This document shows positions 39,321 through 47,701 of a DNA stretch of 64,000 nucleotides, piece by piece. The position numbers and the translations under genes were made by a program. Positions within the stretch are counted from its first letter, which is position 1. Each line of letters starts with the position of its first letter. Source of the DNA: Octopus bimaculoides (Eukaryota); NCBI RefSeq assembly GCF_001194135.2, contig NC_068981.1:180621055-180685054 (forward strand). Direction: 5' to 3'. Under the pieces are notes generated by a model. The model did not search any database. It saw only the letters and a program-made list of their open reading frames with translations, and was not told where the DNA came from.

Positions 39321-39453
39321 CTCTTGCTAATAACACCACAACATTTCTACAATTTTTTTTTTTTGTTTGTAGGACATAAGGCCACAAGGACCTCCCCCTT
39401 TATTTGGCTCTGATGATGATGATGACGATTACAATCGGGACCTGTTTGATTAA
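288..39453 (+). CDS. FKBP15: FK506-binding protein 15 (WAFL) ortholog, 5'-partial; join(288..446,1077..1199,9076..9211,9975..10066,13847..13934,15253..15374,17628..17717,17945..18039,19703..19805,22507..22678,25356..25492,26604..26687,27242..27307,28327..28479,30067..30159,31648..31794,32808..32915,34847..35015,37396..37762,39135..39243,39373..39453)
   Basis: All 21 exons are bounded by AG/GT, phases match at every junction, and they total 2694 nt = 897 aa + TAA. Peptides match remembered vertebrate FKBP15 blocks in order: [17 protein letters not shown]; [16 protein letters not shown]; [24 protein letters not shown]; [13 protein letters not shown]; NVTERKKK; [11 protein letters not shown]; [13 protein letters not shown]. 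Additional phase-neutral exons in the long introns cannot be excluded. Confidence 0.93.
560..1030. mobile_element. non-autonomous interspersed repeat (MITE-like); second copy at about 28930-29380
   Basis: about 450 bp shared in the same orientation (ctattattcccttcaaattttgc...ctaggggtgagcaaata); no ORF. Confidence 0.7.
1077..1199 (+). CDS. FKBP15: FKBP15 exon ([22 protein letters not shown]...DSETEDTL), phase 0-0
   Basis: ttccag acceptor, ctg|gtaagt donor, 123 nt; highly conserved motif; missed by the ORF track. Confidence 0.95.
1232..1448. mobile_element. piggyBac-type TTAA MITE
   Basis: TTAA-tcctttagcatt ... aatactaaagat-TTAA; same family as 13544. Confidence 0.75.
2050..2200 (+). mobile_element. 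RTE-type LINE 3' remnant; inverted related copy at about 21380-21590
   Basis: translates [25 protein letters not shown], a typical post-RT C-terminus. Confidence 0.55.
2911..3300 (+). mobile_element. tRNA-derived SINE family A (CORE-like head, internal TA/TG microsatellite)
   Basis: A-box gtggctctgtgg, B-box ggttcagtccc, ggcaccttgggcaagtg CORE-like block, gtaaaaga tail. Further copies at about 10165-10690(-), 18290-18650(-), 19890-20220(+), 21779-22200(-), 23520-23630(+), 23649-24055(-), 24225-24610(-), 36600-36770(-), 47475-47620(-). Confidence 0.88.
3332..5560 (-). mobile_element. degenerate RTE-clade LINE with (GAT)n tail
   Basis: minus-strand fragments give [24 protein letters not shown] and a Cys-rich C-terminal remnant; ends ...tagcatggaaaa...gatgatgatgatgacgatgg. 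Confidence 0.8.
5738..6802. repeat. long inverted repeat: arms 5738-6105 and 6174-6802 (right arm interrupted by a SINE)
   Basis: reverse-complement identity read directly along both arms; 68-nt spacer. Confidence 0.92.
6315..6566 (+). mobile_element. (GAT)n-tailed RTE-3'-related short element
   Basis: ends ...tccaacccatgctagcatggaaagcggacgttaaacgatgatgat. Near-identical copies at 11040-11446(+), 12245-12444(+), 20282-20520(-), 20797-21075(-), 24835-25043(+), 25960-26475(+), 34098-34380(-), 35427-35880(-), 40796-40897(-), 41965-42509(+). Confidence 0.9.
7870..8335 (+). mobile_element. SINE with a family-A head and an RTE-like (GAT) tail
   Basis: head as 2911; 3' part ggcaactagaagggtatcc...acccatgcaagtatggaaaagtggacattaaaacaatgatgat. 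Copies at about 14720-15010(-), 17095-17520(+), 31150-31530(+). Confidence 0.7.
9076..9211 (+). CDS. FKBP15: FKBP15 exon ([18 protein letters not shown]...SVYSQ), phase 0-1
   Basis: ttttgcag acceptor, g|gtaaat donor, 136 nt; Pro/Ser-rich linker. Confidence 0.8.
9975..10066 (+). CDS. FKBP15: FKBP15 exon ([30 protein letters not shown]), phase 1-0
   Basis: ccttttcag acceptor, weak cag|gttgtt donor, 92 nt; needed to reconcile the phases of its neighbours. Confidence 0.72.
11040..11446 (+). mobile_element. (GAT)n-tailed element, long form
   Basis: same 3' core as 6315 plus upstream tggcacgtaaaa modules. Confidence 0.9.
12988..13320 (+). mobile_element. tRNA-derived SINE family D; second copy at 19085-19362
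   Basis: A-box tggctcggtgg, B-box gagttcgattcc, cttgggcaagac CORE-like block. Confidence 0.82.
13544..13764. mobile_element. piggyBac-type TTAA MITE, intact
   Basis: TTAA-CCCTTTAAGCATT ... AATGCTAAAGGG-TTAA. Other copies at 15579-15799 and about 7450-7624. Confidence 0.85.
13847..13934 (+). CDS. FKBP15: FKBP15 exon ([29 protein letters not shown]), phase 0-1
   Basis: ttttag acceptor, g|gtaagt donor, 88 nt; Pro/Gln-rich. Confidence 0.8.
14138..14511 (+). mobile_element. full-length tRNA-derived SINE family C with an 11-bp TSD
   Basis: AGATAAGAGTG at 14127-14137 and 14512-14522; A-box tggcccagtgg, B-box gtttcgattcc. Confidence 0.9.
15253..15374 (+). CDS. FKBP15: FKBP15 exon ([40 protein letters not shown]), phase 1-0
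   Basis: tttttctag acceptor, aaa|gtaagt donor, 122 nt; matches TEARQHNTEIRMAVSK. Confidence 0.93.
16263..16345. repeat. (ATT)n microsatellite; others at about 16735-16800 and 16983-17013
   Basis: direct reading. Confidence 0.95.
16578..16735 (-). mobile_element. R4/Dong-like non-LTR retrotransposon 3' end
   Basis: minus strand encodes [17 protein letters not shown], then a short UTR and (TAA)n; the 5' side abuts an (ATT)n array. Confidence 0.7.
17628..17717 (+). CDS. FKBP15: FKBP15 exon (LDHSAQNN...[16 protein letters not shown]), phase 0-0
   Basis: gtttcag acceptor, cag|gtaaat donor, 90 nt. Confidence 0.93.
17945..18039 (+). CDS. FKBP15: FKBP15 exon ([31 protein letters not shown]), phase 0-2
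   Basis: AAG acceptor after a CT-rich tract, aa|gtaagt donor, 95 nt; start of the coiled coil. Confidence 0.93.
19703..19805 (+). CDS. FKBP15: FKBP15 exon ([34 protein letters not shown]), phase 2-0
   Basis: ttgtcag acceptor, aaa|gtaagt donor, 103 nt. Confidence 0.93.
22507..22678 (+). CDS. FKBP15: FKBP15 exon ([20 protein letters not shown]...LNKQVE), phase 0-1
   Basis: ccatag acceptor, g|gtaaaa donor, 172 nt. Confidence 0.9.
24092..24200 (+). pseudogene. degenerate partial copy of FKBP15 exon 22507-22678 with its upstream intron
   Basis: aligns to 22462-22588; acceptor CATAG changed to CATAA; 23-nt deletion between CTGC repeats. Confidence 0.78.
25356..25492 (+). CDS. FKBP15: FKBP15 exon ([20 protein letters not shown]...CESLEK), phase 1-0
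   Basis: cctcaacag acceptor, aag|gtgagt donor, 137 nt. Confidence 0.92.
26604..26687 (+). CDS. FKBP15: FKBP15 exon ([28 protein letters not shown]), phase 0-0
   Basis: ctttctcag acceptor, gag|gtgagg donor, 84 nt. Confidence 0.93.
27242..27307 (+). CDS. FKBP15: FKBP15 exon ([22 protein letters not shown]), phase 0-0
   Basis: ctattttag acceptor, cag|gtaagt donor, 66 nt. Confidence 0.87.
27407..27449 (-). ncRNA. hammerhead-ribozyme-like motif (degenerate type I)
   Basis: GACAC-CTGATGA-A-GGCT[agagggtatatc]AGCC-GAAAC-GTGTT; stem III/cleavage triplet is missing or overlaps stem I. Confidence 0.5.
27526..27598 (-). promoter_or_regulatory. tRNA-like Pol III internal promoter (A and B boxes), 73 nt
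   Basis: A-box TGGTGTAGTGG, B-box GAGTTCGATTCC; stems imperfect, so not a functional tRNA. Confidence 0.7.
28327..28479 (+). CDS. FKBP15: FKBP15 exon ([15 protein letters not shown]...QKELEDK), phase 0-0
   Basis: atttag acceptor, aaa|gttagt donor, 153 nt; E/K-rich heptads. Confidence 0.9.
29601..29875 (+). repeat. about 280-bp direct duplication, partner at 33418-33698
   Basis: unique flank plus an old GAT-tailed element, shared with few differences. Confidence 0.9.
30067..30159 (+). CDS. FKBP15: FKBP15 exon ([31 protein letters not shown]), phase 0-0
   Basis: long pyrimidine tract + cag, aag|gtagtc donor, 93 nt. Confidence 0.87.
30659..30890 (+). mobile_element. tRNA-derived SINE family B (GCCTTTCATCCTTTCGGGGTCGATAAA centre)
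   Basis: young-looking copy flanked by an imperfect ggatggtgtRcYcatg duplication. Older copies at about 11697-11915, 16055-16262, 16386-16570, 23195-23310(-). Confidence 0.85.
31648..31794 (+). CDS. FKBP15: FKBP15 exon ([25 protein letters not shown]...DVFTE), phase 0-0
   Basis: poly-T + ctttcag acceptor, gag|gtaggt donor, 147 nt. Confidence 0.9.
32290..32735 (+). mobile_element. mariner transposase 3' remnant with terminal repeat
   Basis: [24 protein letters not shown]...[16 protein letters not shown]; end gggaaccttttgataccaccttgtgta. Confidence 0.85.
32808..32915 (+). CDS. FKBP15: FKBP15 exon ([36 protein letters not shown]), phase 0-0
   Basis: ttttcag acceptor, aag|gtaaat donor, 108 nt; matches vertebrate VKKIMNQVFQS...YNG...IK. 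Confidence 0.93.
34847..35015 (+). CDS. FKBP15: FKBP15 exon ([16 protein letters not shown]...QVQTP), phase 0-1
   Basis: ctacag acceptor, g|gtaaag donor, 169 nt; acidic. Confidence 0.88.
37396..37762 (+). CDS. FKBP15: FKBP15 exon, acidic low-complexity region ([19 protein letters not shown]...DGVAPVI), phase 1-2
   Basis: tttttag acceptor, ac|gtaagg donor, 367 nt; contains ORF-track frame 37488..37766. Confidence 0.85.
39135..39243 (+). CDS. FKBP15: FKBP15 exon ([16 protein letters not shown]...TTDSME), phase 2-0
   Basis: cttggcag acceptor, gaa|gtaagt donor, 109 nt. Confidence 0.85.
39373..39453 (+). CDS. FKBP15: FKBP15 terminal coding exon ([26 protein letters not shown])
   Basis: tttgtag acceptor, TAA at 39451-39453; PPLFG-poly-D terminus characteristic of FKBP15. 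Confidence 0.93.
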   Translation, partial: DIRPQGPPPLFGSDDDDDDYNRDLFD

Positions 39454-39496
39454 CTTTCTGATCATTGTTACAGCAATACAATAGTGATATCTTTTT

Positions 39497-39536
<40 letters not shown>

Positions 39537-39559
39537 ATGATTTGATATGTAATATTACA

Positions 39560-39565
39560 ATTAAA
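39560..39565 (+). promoter_or_regulatory. candidate variant polyadenylation signal ATTAAA
   Basis: first poly(A)-signal-like hexamer I noticed, about 105 nt after the stop; no transcript support. Confidence 0.25.
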
Positions 39566-40709
39566 GTATTTCTAATCAAAGTTTTTACAGGGTTATTTTT
39601 TCTATCTTCTGTGAATTTGAAATGGAGACCAATGCATATGTTGGAAAATACTAGAAAAACAGACCTTCCTATATAAGAAAGTAGAGAAAGTTTGGGTAAA
39701 AGAATAATATGTAAAACCACCATTTTCATATTCCTTGTGTAAAACCATTGATTTTCTTTTCAGTTTAACAAACTAAATTTTAGTGTTGATAGTATTATTG
39801 TTAGAGGATTTAACTGACACAAATCTGTTATAATCAAGATAACAAAGTGCTAAGTAAAAGTCAGTAAGTTATGTATTGGTATAGAAAGTGCATTCACGGA
39901 GAAACGTGTGTGTGTGTGTGTGTAGATATATTAGTTAGGAAAGGCATCCAGCTGTAGAAACCATGCCAAAGCAGACAGAACTTGCAGTCTTCTGACTTGC
40001 TGGTTCCTGTCAAACTATCCAGCCCATGCTAACATGGAAGACGGATATTAAATGATGATGAGGAGGGGGAGGATCATCATCATCATCATCATCATCATCA
40101 TTTAATCTCCATTGTCCATGTTAGCATTAGTTGGACGATTTGGTCAGGGCTGACCAGCTGGAAGGCTACACCAGACACTAGTCTGATTTGGCATGGTTTC
40201 TACGGCTGGATGCTCTTCCTAATGCCAACCACTCTGTGAGTGTAATTGGTGCTTTTACATGGCACTGGTACCATTTGCATGACACCAGTATCTGCCACGA
40301 CTACAATTTTACTTGGTTTGATGGGGATACATATATATGCAGTTAAGTCTATGTCCAGTCATGGTAACGAATGGTTTTTGCATCCATAAAATTTCAAATT
40401 TTATTTAATTTGCTTTGCAGGAAGGACTGTTCCGACGAAGTTGTGTATTGTCCTTGCCTTCAAAACGCGGAGTAGATGGAACAGGGACAACTGATGAAAG
40501 GATATACTCTTTATGTTGCATGTCACATTTCTCTGTTTGTTTTTTTCGTTGTTCGAAAAAAGTTCGTTTTCTGTTTTCATTTTTCTGTTTTCGTTTCTCA
40601 CTGTTTAACGTTTTTTTGATGTCCTGTACCCATATATGCATGTATGTATACATATAGATGTAGGCATGTACATATATGTATGGATATATGCATATATTAT
40701 TTATATTAT

Positions 40710-40744
<35 letters not shown>

Positions 40745-42509
40745 GTCCAAGTTTATGCCCAGTCATGGTGACGAATGGTTTTTCATCCATATATATCATC
40801 ATCATCATCATCATCGTTTAACGTCCGCTTTCCATGCTAGCATGGGTTGGACGATTTGACTGAGGACTGGTGCAACCGGATGGCTACACCAGGCTCCATA
40901 TATGGTGACTCTCCTGTTGTAGATGACAGTAAATGGTTCTGCAATTTCTTAAAGAACACCTGACACAGATTTGTTTATTGTGATCAAATGTTTGTGCTGC
41001 AAATTATTGAACTCCCTCTACCAAATCAACATTAGCCTGTACGGGGGCATGGTTTACCTCACACCAGATGTCAAAGTGATCACAGAGCAACATAGAACAA
41101 AATATTTTGCTTAAGAACACAAGGCAGCAGCCAGTCCAGAAATTGAAACCATGATCTCATAATCGTGAATGCAACCTCCTAACCACTAGGTCACACATTA
41201 ATATTGTGTTCATATTAGTGACACAACATGAATATACACTCTTGATATGTAGTAACAAGTTTGAAACAGGAATTAGATAAGTCTGGTATCATTTACGTCA
41301 ATTATTATTATTATCTTTTTCACTATATGAAAAGAACAATAAATGAGGGAAAAACTCGGATCTTGTGAATTTTCTGAAGTCCTCTCCCCACCCCCTTAGA
41401 AAAGATTTTACCTACAAACTTCTTCATAATCATAATGTATGCCATTTGAAAGGTATTTATATAAAATTTCATTGAAAAAGCCCCATTTTCCTAAAAGTTA
41501 TGAGGAAAAAACACAGATCTTGTTCCATATTCGTTTCCTACACATTTTTTTACATCTGTTGCACTATTTTTTCTGATGTTTGAACAAATATATAGTGCGT
41601 GTGTTTATTTGGCAAAAAATGGATCATCCCAAAATACAACAATATATGTGTGTGTGTTTGTCCCACCCACCATCACTGCTTCAGAAAAGGTGTTGGTGTT
41701 TACGTCCCTAGAGACTGATAGAATAAGTATTGATACTAGGCTTTAAAAAATAAGCCCTGGCGTGGATTTATTTGAATAAGGTACTTCATGACTCTTTACT
41801 GAAACACACATGATATACATAGATATAATTATAGATTTATATAGATTGTAATAATCAAATAAGCAGCCGTGCTTCAAGAGAAAACAGCTTATCATCATGT
41901 GTGTGTGTGTGTATATATATTTATATAGCCAGCTCACTAATCCGTATCTTTACCTCATTGGACACTAAAAACCCTGCTTGCGAAGACCTGTTGAGGCTAG
42001 TGAATTTGGAATTTGAAATTTGAATCTGAAATCGAAATCGAACTGAATCCGATGACTGGTCACCGCGCCAGTGGAGCACTAACAGCACTGTCGAGCATGT
42101 TTATTGCCAGAGCAGCTGTCTGGCTTCTGTGCTAGTGGCCCATAAATAGCACCATTAGAGCATAATCCTTACCAGCGTTGCCTTCTAGCACTTGTGCTGG
42201 TGGCACGTTAGAAAATCATTCGAGTGAGGTTGTTGCCAGTGCCGCTGGATTGGCTCCCGTGCAGGTGGCACGTAAAAAACACCTTTTGAGCATGGGCGTT
42301 GCCAGTACCGTGTGACTGGCCCTTGTGCCGGTGGCATGTAAAAACACCCACTAGACTCTCGGTGTGGTTGGCATTAGGAAGGGCATCCAGCTGTAGAAAC
42401 TCTGCCAGATCAGATTGGAGCCTGGTGCAGCCTTCTGGCTTGCCAGTCCTCAGTCAAATCATCCAACCCATGCTAGCATGGAAAGCGGACGTTAAACGAT
42501 GATGATGAT

Positions 42510-45360
42510 ATATGTATATAATAATGATATTAGGGAATAAATTCCAAAACCTACAGGGAAAAGTTCAATTTAGCAATACTAAATCAAATTTCCCAATATA
42601 AAATATATGTAGAATAAAAGAAATGCGTAATATGGAAAGAATTATAGTACAATCAGATAAAACTAGGAACCTGTATAAACTAAATGTTAAATTATATGAT
42701 AACCTATTAGAAAAAGAAAGAAAGAAAAAATATAAAATTGTTCCAGAAAATACTCTTTATAATATAAATAAGGATTCTAAATTAATTATGGTAAAATATA
42801 GTTTAGATAATAAAACAGAACCTTATGTATCTATGCACCCGAGAATTACTTTAAAAGACCATAAGGATAAATTTTATTCTGACCCAAAAGTTAGACTTAT
42901 TTGGAAATCAGATCTAGATAAATATATTAATATATTAATATATTAAATGAAATTAATTACCTTAAACTTTGAAATAGTACTAATGATACTTTAAAATGGT
43001 TTAATGGTATTAAAGATAGAAATAGATATAAATTCATACAGATATAGATATTTATTATTCTTCTATTAATGAGAATGAACTCAATAAGGCCCTAATTTAT
43101 GCAATGAATACGGTAGGTATGACTTATGATGAAGCTAATGTAGTAAAAACGGCTAGGAAATCGTTGATTAGATATAATAATAAACTGTGGGCTAGGAAGG
43201 ATACTAGGGACTATTTTGATATACCTATGGGGGCACCTGGTTCTGCACAGGCAACTGATTTAGTGGCTATTTATTTATTATCAGAACTTCAATGAGAAAA
43301 ATTAAAGTTGGAGGGTGGTTTATTTAGGGATGACCTTTTATTAACAACTAAGGATTGCACCAATAGAATTATATAAGAAGAAACTATATAGTTTTTTTAA
43401 AAGATATGGATTAAGCATAACTATATATTATGAGAACTATAATGTTAATTACTTAGATGCTAATTTGAATTTAATAACAGGTAAGACCCAACCATTCCAT
43501 AAAATTAATGAAAACATTAGATATATTAATGCTAATAGTAATCATCCACCCTCAATTAAGAAATCGTTGACAGATAGGTAAAAGAATATCGTTGCTTTCT
43601 TCTAATTTTGAGATTTTCCAAAAACACGCACCTTATTATGATGACACCCTGAGGGATGTGGGATATAATAATAATATTAAATTTTTTAATAATTCTAAAT
43701 ATAATTATAATATAAAAGATTATATTTTCAATGATTCCTATGTTTTTTTATGATAACAAACCAACAAATAATTATAAGTTTTATTTAGGTAATTATAGAA
43801 TTAATAATAGGGATCATGATAATATGAAACATATAGTAGACTAAAAAATAAGATTAAATTTAATTCTTTTATTGATAATTTTTATATGAAAAATAAATGT
43901 AATAATATAAATAATAAGAACAAAATTTGGCTAATTATTCCTTATGGATCTCAAGTTAAAACAAAAATTATTAAAGAGATTTTAAATATAATTGAGGTAT
44001 TCATTAAAGATAATAAAAAAAATAACATTTTTTTCTAGTGATAATTTTGGAGTTGGTTACTCTACTACTAATAATGTTGGTAATAATATTTCTTCTTTTA
44101 ATAAATTTAAGCTGAATAAGTTTTACAAAAGCAAATCGAGTAATTATTCCAATGATAATAATACAGACCAGAACATAATTAATTGTACATGTAGAGATAA
44201 AAATAAATGTAAATTTAATAATAACTGTAATTTGGAGGATGTAGTATATAAATGTGTAGTGACTTTGCTTGATGATAATAGTATGAATGGTTATGATTTA
44301 AATACTATTTACATAGGGTCGACTTCTAACAAAATTAAATTACGTGTGGCTCAACATGAATTCTTTTAAGAATAGAAATTTAATTAATTCTACTGGCCTT
44401 AGTAAATATATATGGGAACCAAAATCTAAAAATATTATGTACAATTTAAATTGGGAGATAGTTTGTACGGCTAAATCTTATCAAATAGGTAGTGGTTCTT
44501 GTTTATTATGTACTAATGAATTTAAGGAAATATTATTTAACTGATAATAAAAAATTGATTAATTTCCCTAGATAAACGAAAAATTAACTGCAGACACAAA
44601 TTAAATTACTTATATAATAAGTTTAGTTGAGTTGTGTATTTATATGAACCCTTGTTTATGTTACTAAATGTTCTAGTTATGATTTGTAGTAGTAGAATGT
44701 ATAAATTAGCACGAAATTATAAAGGATGTATTACACATTTAGAATAACATTAAACTAAGATGTTTATAAAATAAATAAATTAATTAATGTAGATAGTTTG
44801 AATTATTGTAATTTAGCTTCATTTTGTATCTAATATATAATGTATTTTACGTATTTTAGATTTAAGTTATTTAGACTTTAATATTTTAAGTAAATGATAT
44901 ACTACAGTTATTTTTTCCTTATTCTCACATCTAAAATACATTAAGTTATCTTAACGGTTTAAATACATATTTCTATCTCATTATTCCATAATTTTTTATT
45001 TACGCCATATTTTCACGCGATATATTTCATAAAAATGCTAAGTTCTACATATTACGTTTAAAATTTTAGCTTACAGCAATTCTTCGATAAGTTAAGTTGT
45101 GTTTTTATTTTAAGAAATATTGTTAAATATTTTTCGATTATTTATTTATTTATTGTTAAAACAAGTATTTTTTTAGATATTTAGTATAAGTTACAATACG
45201 TACATTGATTTTTTTTTTTTTTATTTTAGACCTAACGAGTGACTATATTTTTGAATAGATTTAACTGTAGATCAATTTGATTATTAAAAAAATATTAATT
45301 GAATTGGTTTTAGTAGTTATTTATTTGAAAATATAGCCACGAAACGTGCGTAGTCATTTT
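42510..45360 (+). mobile_element. 5'-truncated, very AT-rich Penelope-like element (RT + C-terminal GIY-YIG)
   Basis: RT: IVQSDKTRNLY, PMGAPGSAQATDLVAIYLL, GGLFRDDLLL, VNYLD, YINANSNHPP. EN: CTCRDKNKC linker, VVY...IYIGST, STGLSKYIW, CLLC. Many stops and frameshifts. Confidence 0.9.
45229..45355 (+). ncRNA. type I hammerhead ribozyme motif with a long stem II (G5A core variant)
   Basis: GAC-CTAACGA-[19-bp stem 45239-45257/45322-45340]-GAAA-C-GTGC-GT-A-GTC; GUA triplet at 45350-45352. Confidence 0.72.
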
Positions 45361-45399
45361 ATACCATTTACNNNNNNNNNNNNNNNNNNNNNNNNNNNN

Positions 45400-45501
45400 T
45401 AAGAGGGATGACCACCAAGTGGACATCCATTATGCTAGAAGAAGACCACCTATGGTCTGACCACTAAAAAAAGATTGTTCTCAAAAAAATCATCCCTCTT
45501 A
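45400..45501. mobile_element. 102-bp MITE-like unit with 12-bp terminal inverted repeats
   Basis: TAAGAGGGATGA ... TCATCCCTCTTA; left flank is an assembly gap. Confidence 0.55.
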
Positions 45502-45648
45502 TATGTATGTAATATAATTTTTCTGAATCATCAGATTTTTCAATATGATAGGCCACTGGTTTTAAATTGATATTAATAAAAAATTAATATGCAACTTTTC
45601 ACCCTTATTATTTAAATTTATATATATATACACACATACACACACACA

Positions 45649-45790
45649 TACAGCACGGTGAATAAACTGTCGTCTAAATTACACAAAAGTGAAAATAATA
45701 CTCATGACTCGTTTTAACATATATTTGCCAAAATTACATAAAAGATATCTTGAAATACTAAAGAGTAAATTTATTCAATAAAATCGCCTC
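45649..45790. mobile_element. isolated terminal fragment of the maT element at 53841
   Basis: ggtgaataaactgtcgtctaaattacacaaaagtgaaaataata... nearly identical to 53841-53975. Confidence 0.85.
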
Positions 45791-47051
45791 ATCCGGTCCT
45801 CTACCTTGCTCTCGTATTCTCTCTCACTGCAAGTGTTCCCTGCGGTGCTCTTCATCCTTTGCACCTCGTCTCAGTTCTTGGTGCTGTCCGTCACTTTCTC
45901 TGATTTCCTGTTGATAAGCTGTTTTCTCTTGAAGCACAGCTGTTTATTCGATTATTACAATCAATATAAATCCATAGTTATATGTATGTATGTATATCAT
46001 GTGTATGTCAGTAAAGAGTCATGAAGTGTTTTAATCGAAAAAATCCACATCCGGGCTTATTTTTTAAAGCCTAGTATCAATACTTATTCTATCGGGACGT
46101 AAACACCAACGCCGTCTGTCAAGCACTGATGTTGGGTGGGACAAACACACACACATAGTTGTGTAACGGTTGGGTCATCAGTTGTAACAATGAAGTTAAT
46201 TTCATAAACAATAGTATGGAAATGGAAGTTTGTGTTTGTAAACAATATTATGGAAAATGATAGTCGGTAAATGATACACAGTAGGATGGAATGTCGGCGT
46301 CATAATGAGTTTGTAAGGATTGGTTTTTCGTTGATTGCCATTATGTAAATATAAAAGAACAGTGATTGAAGTTGTGAAGAAAATATTTATTTTTACCGTT
46401 ACATTTAATATACATTGCCTCGACGTGCCAAAATGTGTGCATCAGTGACTGGGCAGAGGTTTGATTGTTGTCTTGATATTTTTTGAATGAAATTTTTCGG
46501 AAGACCGTCAGACAGGTTGCACTTGTGACTGGAATGTCCATCTCTCTCTTTGTTTTTTCTCTCTCTCACCCTCACCCCCTCTCTGTGTGTGTGTAGATGT
46601 TTGCGATCTAGTTTGGATTCTTTGCCNNNNNNNNNNNNNNNNNNNNNNNNNNNNNNNNNNNNNNNNNNNNNNNNNNNNNNNNNNNNNNNNNNNNNNNNNN
46701 NNNNNNNNNNNNNNNNNNNNNNNNNNNNNNNNNNNNNNNNNNNNNNNNNNNNNNNNNNNNNNNNNNNNNNNNNNNNNNNNNNNNNNNNNNNNNNNNNNNN
46801 NNNNNNNNNNNNNNNNNNNNNNNNNNNNNNNNNNNNNNNNNNNNNNNNNNNNNNNNNNNNNNNNNNNNNNNNNNNNNNNNNNNNNNNNNNNNNNNNNNNN
46901 NNNNNNNNNNNNNNNNNNNNNNNNNNNNNNNNNNNNNNNNNNNNNNNNNNNNNNNNNNNNNNNNNNNNNNNNNNNNNNNNNNNNNNNNNNNNNNNNNNNN
47001 NNNNNNNNNNNNNNNNNNNNNNNNNNNNNNNNNGGAAAGAAAAGAAAGAGA

Positions 47052-47086
47052 ATTTGACGTTTCGAGCGAAGCTCTTTGTTGGAAAT
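47052..47086 (-). ncRNA. minimal hammerhead-like motif, degenerate core
   Basis: ATTT-CCAACAA-A-GAGC[TTC]GCTC-GAAAC-GTC-AAAT; stems present, core differs from CTGANGA at 3 positions. Confidence 0.4.
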
Positions 47087-47664
47087 ATAGGAAAGTCTAA
47101 AGAAGGGAAGACAGAGGAAACACACACACACAAAGTATGGGGGTTTAATTCACAGGTAATCTAAACGATTAGATACGCTCGGTAAGTAACGGATTACTAG
47201 GGCTCCAAGGTTGGAACCAACACGGTAGTTATGGAGCCATTGCGCGGTTTCCGAGGTAGCAGAACAATCATATGTGTGTGTGTAACTTATCGGAGTTAAA
47301 TTTTCTCCGTTTTGACGGACTTTTCAGATTTTTCTCCCACCAGGACTTTGAAATGATGGGGGTGGGGGACATCTTTTTATGACAACAAAATTTGGAAAAT
47401 TTACAATTTATATTTACTTGCGTAAGTGTCCTGATCTGAAATTCTGGCTCTAAATTTATGTATGTAAGATATATACACGACGGGCTTCTTTCAGTTTCTA
47501 CTTACCAAATCCACTCACAAAGATTTGGTCGGACCTAGGCTATAGTAGAAGAGACTTGCCCAAGATACCTAACCCTACACCAATATGGTTGAGAAGGAAA
47601 CTTCTGACCGCACAGTCACTCCTACATCTTTATCTCTTTCTCCTCTCTCTTTCTCTCCCCCTTC

Positions 47665-47701
<37 letters not shown>

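Noticed and set aside
6281-42502. Recurrent ORFs beginning MKPDG(Y/N)[22 protein letters not shown]
   Set aside because: They are antisense readings of the GAT-tailed repeat; the recurrence reflects repeat copy number, not a gene family.
43293-43295. In-frame TGA in the PLE RT just before GGLFRDD, as possible selenocysteine (known in some Naiad PLEs)
   Set aside because: The same element has TAA stops and frameshifts, a C-terminal endonuclease and no SECIS that I can see; ordinary decay is simpler.
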